Positions 39,635-49,496 of a stretch of 64,000 nt of DNA are shown one piece after another. Location of the stretch: the sequence record LR597660. One strand, 5' to 3'. Numbering within the stretch: the stretch's first letter is position 1; the number at the start of each line of letters is the position of its first letter. Made by a program: the position numbers and the translations under genes. Below the pieces are notes generated by a model. It saw only the letters and a program-made list of their open reading frames with translations, ran no database searches and was not told the origin of the DNA. The stretch is from Escherichia phage T4_ev151.

Positions 39635-41448
39635 TGGTGTTTAACCCTATGCATGATTTCTTTGTTTTTACCGAGATTAAATCCGCGTTCGTTCGGATTT
39701 CCCAAATAACCACATGTTCTTCTTATGGTATTCATCTTTTTAGGATCAGTTTCTCCACAAATAGAACAAACAAATCCGTTTTCAGTAGGAGTCATTTCAT
39801 GGGTACTTCCACATGTAAAACATTTATCTACCGGCATGTTAACACCAAAATAATCTAAATGTTGTGCAGCATAATCCCATACGGCCTCAAGGCCTTTTAA
39901 GTTATTTTTCATATCAGGAAGTTCAACATAAGAAATGTGACCACCTGTCGCAATGAAATGATATGGCGCTTCACGAGAAATCTTTTCAAACGGAGTAATA
40001 TTTTCTTCTACTGAAACATGGAAACTGTTAGTGTACCAACCTTTATCGGTAACATCTTTTACGCTTCCATATTTTTCTGTATCTAGTTTACAGAAGCGAT
40101 AACAAAGGTTTTCAGCAGGAGTCGAATATAAACTAAAAGCAAATCCGGTTCTTTCAGTCCACTGTTTAAGATGAGCATTCATTTTAGTTAAAATTTCCTG
40201 TCCAATATCACGACCGACAAGAATATTCAATTCGTGAATACCAATGTATCCTAAAGACACTGAACTTCTGCCGTTTTTAAATAACTCAATTATATCGTCA
40301 TCAGGTTTAAGACGAACCCCGAATGCACCTTCTTGGTAAAGAATAGGAGCAACAGTCGCTTTAACTCCTTTTAAGGAACTAATTCTACACATCAAAGCTT
40401 CAAAACATAAATCCATTCGTTCATTGAACAATTCAACAAATTTCTGTTCATTGAACTGTGTTCCAATATAAGAATCTAACGCGATGCGAGGAAGATTCAG
40501 TGTTACAACACCAAGATTATTACGTCCATCAAGAATTTCATTACCAGTCGAATCTTTCCATACGCTCAAGAAACTACGGCAACCCATTGGAGAAACAGGA
40601 ACAGATGAACCAGTGATAGCTTTATTGTTCTTAGCTGAAATAATATCAGGATACATCCTTTTGCTTGCACACTCTAGAGCAAGCTGCTTAATATCATAGT
40701 TCGGATCGTCTTTGTAAAGATTAACGCCTTCTTCGACGAACATAACAAGCTTAGGAAAAATAGGAGTTATCCCATCACGACCGAGACCTTTAATACGATT
40801 TTTCAGAATTGCTTTCTGAATCATTCGTTCAGTCCAGTCAGTTCCCGTACCAAATGTAATTGTTACAAAAGGAGTTTGTCCGTTTGAACTAAAGAGAGTA
40901 TTTACTTCATATTCATAAGCTTGGAATGCATCGTATACGTCTTTTTCTGTTTTAGATTGAGCATAATTCAACGCATCGGCGATTTGCCATTTTTCTGCAT
41001 CCTCAATATGTTTTGCATAGGTGCGTTTAACATAAGGAGAAAGTACTTTATCTACATTAGCAAAAGTCGTTCCGCCATATTGGTGAGAAGCAACCTGTGC
41101 AGTAATTTGTGCCATAATTGCAGTAGCAACACCGATTGATTTAGGAGTTTCAATCTGCGCATTACCAAGCTTAAATCCGTTCTCAAGCATTCCTTTTAAA
41201 TCTACTAAACAGCAATTAGTAAATGGAAGAGCAGGGGAATAATCAATATCATGGAAATGGATAATTCCGCTTTCATGCGCTTTCATAATAAAAGACGGGA
41301 CCATATTTTTGGCAATGTGTTTAGACACAATACCAGCCATAAGGTCCCGTTGAGTTGGAAAAACACGAGAATCTTTATTAGCATTCTCGTTTAAAAGGTC
41401 TTTATTAGTTTTATGAATCAATCCTTCAATTTCTTTTTCAATTGTCAT
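39631..41448 (-). CDS. nrdD: anaerobic ribonucleoside-triphosphate reductase
   Basis: 605 aa; C-terminal glycyl radical motif RTCGYLG and Zn ribbon CFTCG...CSICG; continuous frame. Confidence 0.9.
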   Translation of the reverse strand: MTIEKEIEGLIHKTNKDLLNENANKDSRVFPTQRDLMAGIVSKHIAKNMVPSFIMKAHESGIIHFHDIDYSPALPFTNCCLVDLKGMLENGFKLGNAQIETPKSIGVATAIMAQITAQVASHQYGGTTFANVDKVLSPYVKRTYAKHIEDAEKWQIADALNYAQSKTEKDVYDAFQAYEYEVNTLFSSNGQTPFVTITFGTGTDWTERMIQKAILKNRIKGLGRDGITPIFPKLVMFVEEGVNLYKDDPNYDIKQLALECASKRMYPDIISAKNNKAITGSSVPVSPMGCRSFLSVWKDSTGNEILDGRNNLGVVTLNLPRIALDSYIGTQFNEQKFVELFNERMDLCFEALMCRISSLKGVKATVAPILYQEGAFGVRLKPDDDIIELFKNGRSSVSLGYIGIHELNILVGRDIGQEILTKMNAHLKQWTERTGFAFSLYSTPAENLCYRFCKLDTEKYGSVKDVTDKGWYTNSFHVSVEENITPFEKISREAPYHFIATGGHISYVELPDMKNNLKGLEAVWDYAAQHLDYFGVNMPVDKCFTCGSTHEMTPTENGFVCSICGETDPKKMNTIRRTCGYLGNPNERGFNLGKNKEIMHRVKHQ

Positions 41449-41918
41449 TTTAAACTCTTTCTAAGCTGCTTCTTAAATGAAGCTATTAACTGTGTTTTGG
41501 TGTCAGATTCATTATATTCAAATCCTCTTTGAAGCATCTCGGCCATCATTTCCTCTTTTCCTAAACGAGAAAATTCCTTTGATTTATCTCCAACAAAGTT
41601 AGGGTGAATATTATTTTGGGTGTAATCGGATTTTAAGTAAGTAAGTAAATTTTCTAACCATTCAAGATAATCAACACCCTGTCCCTTTAAGCCAGAACGA
41701 TTAAATTTATGCTTCATTTGACCTTCTGCGGCATTGCAGAGATTACAAAGCAATCCACGTACCTTTCCTGCTTTTGGTCCATTTAATTCATGGTCATGAT
41801 CAAGGTGATTAGCTTGAACATCAGGATTTAGTTCTCGTTGGCAAATTAAGCATTTACCGTTTTGTGCATCATAAAATTTCTGTTTTTCTTCTTTATATAA
41901 TTTGCCAGTCAATAACAT
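41445..41918 (-). CDS. 49: endonuclease VII (Holliday junction resolvase)
   Basis: 157 aa; Zn-binding CLIC...CNLC and HxH motifs. Confidence 0.85.
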   Translation of the reverse strand: MLLTGKLYKEEKQKFYDAQNGKCLICQRELNPDVQANHLDHDHELNGPKAGKVRGLLCNLCNAAEGQMKHKFNRSGLKGQGVDYLEWLENLLTYLKSDYTQNNIHPNFVGDKSKEFSRLGKEEMMAEMLQRGFEYNESDTKTQLIASFKKQLRKSLK

Positions 41919-41959
41919 AATAAACCCTTACCTTAAATAGATAAGGGTATTTATTATTT

Positions 41960-42463
41960 TCAAGTATTGTAAAACATTTGATTCAATCGCTTATATTGCC
42001 GAATCTTTTGGTCAGAAAAAGAAATTTGGGTTTCAAGCCATTCAATATATTCTGCCGCAGCTTGCATCAAATTTCCTTCATAGCCATCGTTATTTTCTTG
42101 TGCAGCTAATTTAGCTAATGCGTATGAAATACGTTCACCTTGAAAATCGGCTTTAGGCTTCTGAACAACTTGATTAGTTCGCTCTACAACTTCTTCAATT
42201 TCGCCATTTTCAACGGATTCAGTATTCCATAAGCACCAATACGTAATTGGCTTATCATAGATATTAATAATCTTTCCGTCGGAAAGTTCAATTTCAATAA
42301 TTCCAGTATCAGGTTCTATATCATCTTCACATTCTTTTGCAAGTTCACGAACTTTAAAGACAGTACCTGCACTAAGTTCCGGCCAGTAATTACACAGCCC
42401 TGTATCAACACGATTAATTCTAAACCACTTATCTACTGTAATCATGTCCCATCTCCATATCAA
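41960..42463 (-). CDS. hypothetical protein at pin position
   Basis: 167-aa ORF upstream of gene 49. Confidence 0.4.
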   Translation of the reverse strand: MIWRWDMITVDKWFRINRVDTGLCNYWPELSAGTVFKVRELAKECEDDIEPDTGIIEIELSDGKIINIYDKPITYWCLWNTESVENGEIEEVVERTNQVVQKPKADFQGERISYALAKLAAQENNDGYEGNLMQAAAEYIEWLETQISFSDQKIRQYKRLNQMFYNT

Positions 42464-42568
42464 TTAAGTCATTTATCGTTGGTTCATTATATACTGTTTC
42501 TTCATCAGTGTAAACCGGTTCTTCCGGCTCTGGCTCTACAGTTTCCCATCTAGCCGCCCACCAAGGTT

Positions 42569-42889
42569 TTATAGCGTAATCCATTCTCGTACTATCTGAG
42601 TTACTACACGTTCTCGAAGCTCAACCAGTTCAACGGTAGGAACTGCATAATACCAGTCAGAATGGTAAGAACCTGAGCGAGATTCATTTACAGCCACATG
42701 TACATTATGTTTTGGACTAAAATAAACACACTGACGATATTGGCATTTACCATCTTGCACCCAGTCTTCTATTTCGATAGGTTTAAGATAGTCGGAAAAA
42801 TCGAAATCATAGTTTTCCGAAAATGCATCATGGTCTTCGATGATTTCACTCAGAACTGCATCAACATCTAATTTATTTTCAATAGTCAT
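42569..42889 (-). CDS. hypothetical protein
   Basis: 106-aa ORF. Confidence 0.4.
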   Translation of the reverse strand: MTIENKLDVDAVLSEIIEDHDAFSENYDFDFSDYLKPIEIEDWVQDGKCQYRQCVYFSPKHNVHVAVNESRSGSYHSDWYYAVPTVELVELRERVVTQIVREWITL

Positions 42890-42900
42890 TTTTTCACCAA

Positions 42901-43110
42901 TTAATTTCGCAATTTATTAAGTTCTTCATAATCAATCCAGGATTCTAATCCTGATGGCAAATCAGATTCAATTTCCCACAGAAGTTCTTCAATTTTATGA
43001 AGACGATCTAATTCTTCAACAGGAATAGTAACCATTGATGGAGCTCTTGCTGCACTAATATCGTATATCATATTTACCCCAGTTTGACCATGCAATCGCC
43101 GTATTTCCAC
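42901..43110 (-). CDS. small hypothetical protein
   Basis: 69-aa ORF. Confidence 0.4.
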   Translation of the reverse strand: MEIRRLHGQTGVNMIYDISAARAPSMVTIPVEELDRLHKIEELLWEIESDLPSGLESWIDYEELNKLRN

Positions 43111-43289
43111 TTAGAAATAGACTTTTCACCATTAGAATAATAAACTTCGAGTTTAGCACGATTATTTTTAATTTGAATAACCTTGGCTGTCATCAAAGTT
43201 CCATACCCATAATAAACTGCAACCTCATCACCTACATATACCGCGCTTCCGCGGTAATCATGGATATAATCAGTTCCTTCGAGAATCAT
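43074..43289 (-). CDS. small hypothetical protein
   Basis: 71-aa ORF. Confidence 0.4.
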   Translation of the reverse strand: MILEGTDYIHDYRGSAVYVGDEVAVYYGYGTLMTAKVIQIKNNRAKLEVYYSNGEKSISKWKYGDCMVKLG

Positions 43290-43549
43290 TTAAAGTATTC
43301 TCGCAATTGGTCAAATCCACCAATATGACTTCCATCAGGAGCAAATACCTGAGGCATTGTTAAGCCGATTTGAGTATCACGACCTAGTTTCGTCAGAAGC
43401 TCAGCGATTTTCTCATCATCAAAAACACCTTTTTCCGGCATAATATTGATAAATTCAAACGGTTGTTTCTTAACAGTCAAAAGACGTTTTGCATTATCGC
43501 AATACACACATTTGTGGATGTTGCTATCATAACCATATACTTTAAACAT
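43286..43549 (-). CDS. nrdC: thioredoxin/glutaredoxin NrdC
   Basis: 87 aa; CVYC active site. Confidence 0.8.
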   Translation of the reverse strand: MFKVYGYDSNIHKCVYCDNAKRLLTVKKQPFEFINIMPEKGVFDDEKIAELLTKLGRDTQIGLTMPQVFAPDGSHIGGFDQLREYFK

Positions 43550-43550
43550 A

Positions 43551-43808
43551 TTATTCCTTAATTCCTAGTACTTGTTTAAAAGTCTCGTCGTAATCAAGAC
43601 TTTGGCCCGTTTGTTCTTTATGTTTGTATATAATATCACTTACTTCTGATAGCATATTTTTATATGAACGAGTTAAAGCAGATTTAAGCACGCTGTATCT
43701 ATCAGGAAATTTACCATGTTCATTATAATAAGCTATTGCTAATTCACGGACTGCCTTTTCAGCAGTCTCCATATATTCTTTACGCTTTGTCATTTTCTTC
43801 TCGGTCAA
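43551..43808 (-). CDS. hypothetical protein
   Basis: 85-aa ORF. Confidence 0.4.
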
Positions 43809-44094
43809 ATCGGTGTTTACAATGGCGACATTTATAACGAAGAATACTAGTCTGCCAATGAATCAATTGAACCTGTTCAGTTCCACATTCAGGGCAATTA
43901 GGAACGTTTTTAGAAGCCCTTTCACGACGTTCAACCATGACCATTACAGAATCCCAATTAACAGGAGGGCTATAATCATCACAACCATAAATCTTTCCAC
44001 GCATTTCCAAATTGTCTTCTTCACCAGCCATAATAATTTTAATTAGACTAGAATTACTTGAAGCTACAATGTCTTCTAATAGACGCTTTTTCAT
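43780..44094 (-). CDS. zinc-ribbon protein
   Basis: 104 aa; CPECG...CRHCKHRF. Confidence 0.45.
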
Positions 44095-45020
44095 TTCAAT
44101 ACCTCAATAGCATTGCGTAAACCATTTGCTTTTGCATTAAGAGCTTTTAACAATTTGGTGTGTTCTGCAATTTGGGCTTCAACTTCAATCAAACGAGCAT
44201 TGAGATATTCGCGTTCTTCGCTCAAGTTATCAACCTTTTCTACTTTAGGCTCTTTTACAACTGTCTTATATGTATTAGGGTTCTTCAGTTTAATTAGAAT
44301 GCGTGAACTGTATAACATTGAACCATTATCTTCGGTTTCGTCATACATTTCCACTACGTCCATCATCTCCACCATCGTGCAGAGTTTATAAGACAACGAA
44401 CGAATAATTTTGTTGTGCTTATTAATTTCTCTAGCTGTCATGGTGCCGAGATTACGTGAGTAATAATAAGGAACCTGGATATTAATTAATACTGATGAAC
44501 CACCTGGCTTGTGTGTTACTTCATCAGCAATAACCCAATCCTTAACATGAACTGTATTTGTACGGTCATCGCCCGCGGTAAATAGTTTACGAGCATGCTT
44601 AAAAAGCATATTCACTTGGTCATTGAATTGACAAGCGAATTTATCAGCAAATTTAGTTTCGGGAATGGTAGATAACCAATCAGCCAAATGGGTCTTTTTA
44701 ACATCGTTAACAATAGTAAATTCAACCAAATCGGTTATAGATGTCGCAGTTTTAATGAATCTCGGCTTCATAAAGTTTTTAATGTTATCGCGAGCTACAG
44801 TAGAAGATAACATACGAGAACGTTTAAACCATTCAAGTAAATTGCCTAACGAATGAGAATAAGCGTTCTGAGTATCTTTACAGATATGATTTTCCTGGCC
44901 AACATACTGAAGGAAATCACGAAGAATATTATTGATTACTGCTCTGTGTCCTATCTGATAATCACGATGTTTAGTAATAAGACTGTCAAAATAATCAATA
45001 TAATGTTTACGAGTTTTCAT
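44091..45020 (-). CDS. coiled-coil-tailed paralog family member 1
   Basis: 309 aa; C-terminal heptad-like [33 protein letters not shown]. Confidence 0.5.
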   Translation of the reverse strand: MKTRKHYIDYFDSLITKHRDYQIGHRAVINNILRDFLQYVGQENHICKDTQNAYSHSLGNLLEWFKRSRMLSSTVARDNIKNFMKPRFIKTATSITDLVEFTIVNDVKKTHLADWLSTIPETKFADKFACQFNDQVNMLFKHARKLFTAGDDRTNTVHVKDWVIADEVTHKPGGSSVLINIQVPYYYSRNLGTMTAREINKHNKIIRSLSYKLCTMVEMMDVVEMYDETEDNGSMLYSSRILIKLKNPNTYKTVVKEPKVEKVDNLSEEREYLNARLIEVEAQIAEHTKLLKALNAKANGLRNAIEVLK

Positions 45021-45074
45021 GTTCTTCTCACTTGGTTAATGGTTTATACTCCGAGCCATCCTTGGCTTTAAATT

Positions 45075-46076
45075 TTACTTAATTAACTGTAAAGCTTGTT
45101 CAAGACGATCCAGGCGATTAACAGATTCTTCCCAAATCCTTTTAGCCTGCTCATATTCTTTCTGTGCTTTATTAGAAATTTCTAGAACTTCTTTATAAGC
45201 TTTTTCTAATGCAATAACTTCTGGACGAATTTCTACCGGTTCAGGTGAATCATCAAGATTATCCATTAGTTCCTCAAGGGTAGTTTCTTCTTTAGGAGTA
45301 TTCACAATTTCATCACATTTTTGTTGGTAAATTTCTTTATCAGTCGGTGAGTACGCACACTTTACTTCACGAAGACTAACTACAATTTTATATCCTTCCC
45401 AACCGCATATATTCTTAAAAGGATAAGTATGAATATTTTCTACCGTTTCCATACAAAGTAATGCAGTCTCTAACTGACGAGTTGTATCACTAGCAATTGA
45501 GAAAAATTTATTAATGTTCTTTTGATTAGCTTCTGGTGTAAAAAATTCGTAATTCACAAAAACAGCTGCTTTATTTTTATCAAGTTCATATTCTTTTATG
45601 ATAATCATATCAGAAGCCAAAGGATGAATTTGACGATAATCGCCATAACATAATTTAGAAGCTGATTTTAGAATTTGCTTCTTGAAAAGTCTAAAATTAC
45701 TAATCCAACGACGAGTAAAAATATTCTCAGGGTCTTCTTTATTATTAAGATGATAAGAATTAACATCACCGAACCAACTGTATCCTACTACATCTTTGGT
45801 TCGTTTAATTTCTTTCCCAAAATTACTAAGAATATCTTGATTAACTAAATATGAAAGAAGACGAGACCCTTTAAAGGTTTCCTTAATATCATCTTTATCT
45901 ACACGACTAGAAATTTTATGAACTTCATGAATAAATTTGCTGGAAGAAACAATACTTGCATCAGTATTGTTGAGCCACTGATTGATAATAGAAAGAACAC
46001 TATTCTGACTAGACATAGGTTTAACTTTATCATCAATAACGCTATTGAATGATTTGATATATTCGTTACGAGTCAT
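45075..46076 (-). CDS. coiled-coil-tailed paralog family member 2
   Basis: start MTRNEY with GAGGA RBS (track start overlaps promoter); RRWISNFRLFKKQILKSASKL shared with member 3. Confidence 0.5.
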   Translation of the reverse strand: MTRNEYIKSFNSVIDDKVKPMSSQNSVLSIINQWLNNTDASIVSSSKFIHEVHKISSRVDKDDIKETFKGSRLLSYLVNQDILSNFGKEIKRTKDVVGYSWFGDVNSYHLNNKEDPENIFTRRWISNFRLFKKQILKSASKLCYGDYRQIHPLASDMIIIKEYELDKNKAAVFVNYEFFTPEANQKNINKFFSIASDTTRQLETALLCMETVENIHTYPFKNICGWEGYKIVVSLREVKCAYSPTDKEIYQQKCDEIVNTPKEETTLEELMDNLDDSPEPVEIRPEVIALEKAYKEVLEISNKAQKEYEQAKRIWEESVNRLDRLEQALQLIK

Positions 46077-46103
46077 ATTAATCTCCTCAGTAGAAAGTAA
46101 GAA

Positions 46104-46133
46104 CATTATACCACATCCTTGTGGCAAAGTAAA
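46104..46133 (-). promoter_or_regulatory. early promoter, near-identical copy of the 2129-2158 promoter
   Basis: attataccacatccttgtggcaaagtaaac. Confidence 0.55.
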
Positions 46134-47156
46134 CTAGTTCAGTGCATTTAGTGCATTGTTCAATTTAGAACGTTGCTTCGTGAGATTTTTGACTTTTTCT
46201 TGAGCTTTTTCTAGCATCTTTTCAGCTTCTAGCACTTCATTAGTTGCTTTAACGAGTTCATCATCTACTGCCTTGATAGACTTCTCAATCGCATCCGCGT
46301 GCCATTTTTCAACAGGTTTAAGACTCGGATTTTCAGTAGGAAGAAAATTCACTTTATTGAATTTCCATGCATCTTTATTACCTGAGCTATACATCCAAAA
46401 TTTAGGATCGTTTGATGAGCAATTAGATAAATTTAAGTTATCTTGCACTTCCTGCTTTTTCTCTTGCGGGACTTCATCCTTTCTCAAAAAATCGTATTTA
46501 AATGAAACGATCATATCAAGTTCATACGTTGTTGTATGTTCCCAATTTCGCTCAAAATGAGGTAAAATCTTAGACTGAACAGCGGCAACAACATCCATAT
46601 ACTTAAATGCTTCTGTCAACTGTGATTTAAGGCATTCACAAATTGAAAGAGAATTTTTTGTATTAGGTTTAAAGCTAATTCGTGCAGTTCTATTATTTTC
46701 TTTTAATGGTCTTACTTCCATCTGAAGAGTATAACCATCAAATTTCAGGTTCTTTAAGTTAATATCAGAGCCTTTTAATCGACTAGCAGTAGACAAAATT
46801 TGCTTTAATTGTCTACGGAACAGAGCAATAAATCTCCATTCAATACGATAATGATTTGGATTGAAAAATCCAGATGATAAATCGACCTTACTTTGACCAA
46901 CGCCTTGAACAAATAGAGGATTTTTATAATCAATAGTTTTACAGAAATCGGTGAGCTGCTCACGAGCAGTCATTTGTGTAATATACCCTGCTTCATTAAA
47001 ATTACGCACCCATTCACTGCTATTCTTATACTTAAAGTGATGAATAGCATGATTAACTTTACCAAGGTCTAAATTATTTTCACACAAAAATGTCATAACA
47101 TCACGAGTATAGCTGGCATTACGAACCATATCTTCAATTTGAGAACGAGTTTTCAT
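46134..47156 (-). CDS. coiled-coil-tailed paralog family member 3
   Basis: 340 aa; RIEWRFIALFRRQLKQILSTASRL; C-terminal coiled coil. Confidence 0.5.
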   Translation of the reverse strand: MKTRSQIEDMVRNASYTRDVMTFLCENNLDLGKVNHAIHHFKYKNSSEWVRNFNEAGYITQMTAREQLTDFCKTIDYKNPLFVQGVGQSKVDLSSGFFNPNHYRIEWRFIALFRRQLKQILSTASRLKGSDINLKNLKFDGYTLQMEVRPLKENNRTARISFKPNTKNSLSICECLKSQLTEAFKYMDVVAAVQSKILPHFERNWEHTTTYELDMIVSFKYDFLRKDEVPQEKKQEVQDNLNLSNCSSNDPKFWMYSSGNKDAWKFNKVNFLPTENPSLKPVEKWHADAIEKSIKAVDDELVKATNEVLEAEKMLEKAQEKVKNLTKQRSKLNNALNALN

Positions 47157-47164
47157 GGTGTTCC

Positions 47165-48067
47165 TTAAGATTTAAGTAAATCAACAATTTTAATTAACTT
47201 TTCACGCTCAGATTTAGCTTTACTACTCAGTCCAGATAGTCTGAAAATTTCATCATCATATTGTTGAATAGAAATATTCAGCTCTTCAATTTGCTTATTA
47301 AAATAATCAATTTGCTCAGAATGTTTTTCATTACTACGAACTGGTACAGGTTTTGTAGGCAATTTAGTTGAACTGGATTCATCCGGGCGATAAATTAAAA
47401 TACAACTTGAACCAATAGGGCATTTTGCACCAGATGAATATTCTAATGTTCCGGATTCTTTTAAAACTTCAAAAGCTAAACAGAGATGATGCCCCATATT
47501 AACATAATCTGTAGAGTGAGCTCTGATATAATAATCATCGCCACGAATACTAAATTTAAAGCATTTAAGGTCTTCTGTATTATTGGTCTTAAAAATCATT
47601 TGTTTATCTAGACCTTTAGCTAATCGAGCGCCTAATGCTAATAATCGTCGTTGATTTTCCCACAAATCTGCGATCATTTGGTCAAATGATAATTTCGGCA
47701 TTAGTCGACCATAAAGGTCATATCCTTTATTATAATTGCGAAGGATTTCACTCGCATTAATACGAGACAACGCTCCAATTTTATTAAGGGCTTTCATGAT
47801 GCGATTAGATAAACCCATTCCAGACCCATTTGTTCGTTGTAAATGTTTTTCTAATCCAAATCCAATATCAACTTTAAATTTATCTAAAATTTCAGCATGA
47901 ACATCTCTGTCAATAACATTCAAATCCAAAGTTGGGTTAAATCTATGAAAAAATTTATCTGGCTCTCCACGACGAAGTACAGTCCATTCATTTAATTTTT
48001 TATTAACTAAAGATTTAATTACTGCATTGACATTATTAATTACTACTGACATATTTTTCTCACTCAA
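47165..48067 (-). CDS. coiled-coil-tailed paralog family member 4
   Basis: 300 aa; WENQRRLLALGARLAKG and C-terminal coiled coil. Confidence 0.45.
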   Translation of the reverse strand: MSEKNMSVVINNVNAVIKSLVNKKLNEWTVLRRGEPDKFFHRFNPTLDLNVIDRDVHAEILDKFKVDIGFGLEKHLQRTNGSGMGLSNRIMKALNKIGALSRINASEILRNYNKGYDLYGRLMPKLSFDQMIADLWENQRRLLALGARLAKGLDKQMIFKTNNTEDLKCFKFSIRGDDYYIRAHSTDYVNMGHHLCLAFEVLKESGTLEYSSGAKCPIGSSCILIYRPDESSSTKLPTKPVPVRSNEKHSEQIDYFNKQIEELNISIQQYDDEIFRLSGLSSKAKSEREKLIKIVDLLKS

Positions 48068-48468
48068 TTTTCAATTTTACTAAATACACAGAATATGATG
48101 GAAAAGACTATATAAGCACCGCATACAGATTGAACTAATACCATTCCAAAGAACCAAACAATATTATCAAACAATGTCTGTTTTACGTCGAAAGGACGTA
48201 AACTTACAGTAATATTATCGCCTTTTTCTATTGATGAATACATCTCTGGTGAAATATATTCACTAAATCTATAACCGTCTTTGAGTTCATATACAGCAAT
48301 AAACGATAAACTAGACCCCTTTCCTTGAGTTCCTGTAAAGGTATTAACTACAGTAACATCATAATCTTTATAATGCATATAATCATTAATAGCATAATAA
48401 CCATATGCAATTATTATACATAAACAACATATCAATAAATTCAATCTTTTAATTATCAACTGTTTCAT
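48064..48468 (-). CDS. membrane protein
   Basis: 134 aa; N- and C-terminal TM helices. Confidence 0.45.
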   Translation of the reverse strand: MKQLIIKRLNLLICCLCIIIAYGYYAINDYMHYKDYDVTVVNTFTGTQGKGSSLSFIAVYELKDGYRFSEYISPEMYSSIEKGDNITVSLRPFDVKQTLFDNIVWFFGMVLVQSVCGAYIVFSIIFCVFSKIEN

Positions 48469-48523
48469 AATAATCTCAATTAAAAGGGCTTAGAACCATT
48501 ATACCATCCTTGGTATAAAGCGG

Positions 48524-49051
48524 TTATGCGAGTACCGTCTTTAACCGTTCTTCAAACTTCCGAAGAGTATTTTGGCGTTCAGCTCTTTGCTTTTTGTAAG
48601 TTTCAATACGCTCTGAAATGAGAGTGTATCGTTCATTTACTGATTCTTTCATAAAATCAGGAATTTCACGAGAAGCTTTAATCTCGTCAAATTTATCAAT
48701 AACAGCTTGCTCTTCAGCAATTAAGTTATCATACATCAAAATATCTTTCTTGATGAACTCAATATCTTCTTGAGTTACACGAGATAATTTAGATGCTTTA
48801 TCCTTTTTGTACTGTTCGTTAGTATCACGAGACCAGTGTAATGTACGATTTTTATTCGTATTTTTGTAAATTTCTACAATACCAATCTCATCGATAATAA
48901 CGATCCAATTCCAACGAGATTTGTAAATTTGTCCTCCATCAACCGTGATTTCACCTCCGATTGAGATGTCATTAAAGAACTTGCTTTGTGCTTCTGATTT
49001 AAATTTACCATCATTGTAATTTACCAGGTTGAAAATATCTTTAGCGTTCAT
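48524..49051 (-). CDS. hypothetical protein (start at MNAKDIF, downstream of promoter)
   Basis: 175 aa. Confidence 0.45.
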   Translation of the reverse strand: MNAKDIFNLVNYNDGKFKSEAQSKFFNDISIGGEITVDGGQIYKSRWNWIVIIDEIGIVEIYKNTNKNRTLHWSRDTNEQYKKDKASKLSRVTQEDIEFIKKDILMYDNLIAEEQAVIDKFDEIKASREIPDFMKESVNERYTLISERIETYKKQRAERQNTLRKFEERLKTVLA

Positions 49052-49079
49052 TTTCTGTTCCTCCGTAGTTGATAGTTGT

Positions 49080-49109
49080 ATAGTACCACAGAGGAACGGT
49101 CTTGTAAAC
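49080..49109 (-). promoter_or_regulatory. early promoter with stem-loop leader (PeSL-like)
   Basis: gtaaac 49104-49109, -10 TACTAT, leader gtagttgatagttgtatag. Confidence 0.5.
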
Positions 49110-49111
49110 AA

Positions 49112-49426
49112 CTAAAAGAAACTTCTTTCACAATTTTTTCCACTGAACCACGCGCTCACTGCTTTCTTAGTCTCAGGAGCAGTGTTATCCATAAACCATT
49201 CAAAGGCAGCCTTTTTATGATTCTGGAGGGCTTCTCGGGCTTTAATCTGCTCACGGTCTATTAACACTAACATATGAGCCTTTCTTGTCACCATGGGCTT
49301 CTTATGATTCTTGGAGTATTCCCAGTCATTTGTCCAACGCATTGTCGTTGCGAACTGATGAACCGCGTCTTTAATTTTAGTTTCGTAAATTTCACGAGCC
49401 TTTGAGTATAACATCATTACCTCCAT
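49112..49426 (-). CDS. hypothetical protein
   Basis: 104-aa ORF. Confidence 0.4.
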   Translation of the reverse strand: MEVMMLYSKAREIYETKIKDAVHQFATTMRWTNDWEYSKNHKKPMVTRKAHMLVLIDREQIKAREALQNHKKAAFEWFMDNTAPETKKAVSAWFSGKNCERSFF

Positions 49427-49496
49427 TTACCAGTTTAATTCTAGTCATCTTTTTGATGGCAGTCCATATAATCTATTTCTGAACTGCCTTTTTGTC

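Noticed and set aside
39880-39900. GC hairpin acggcctcaaggcc
   Set aside because: Lies inside the nrdD coding sequence and lacks a following U-tract; unlikely to be a terminator.
39631-41448. Group I intron in nrdD (present in T4)
   Set aside because: nrdD here is one continuous 605-aa frame with an intact glycyl-radical C-terminus; no interruption seen.
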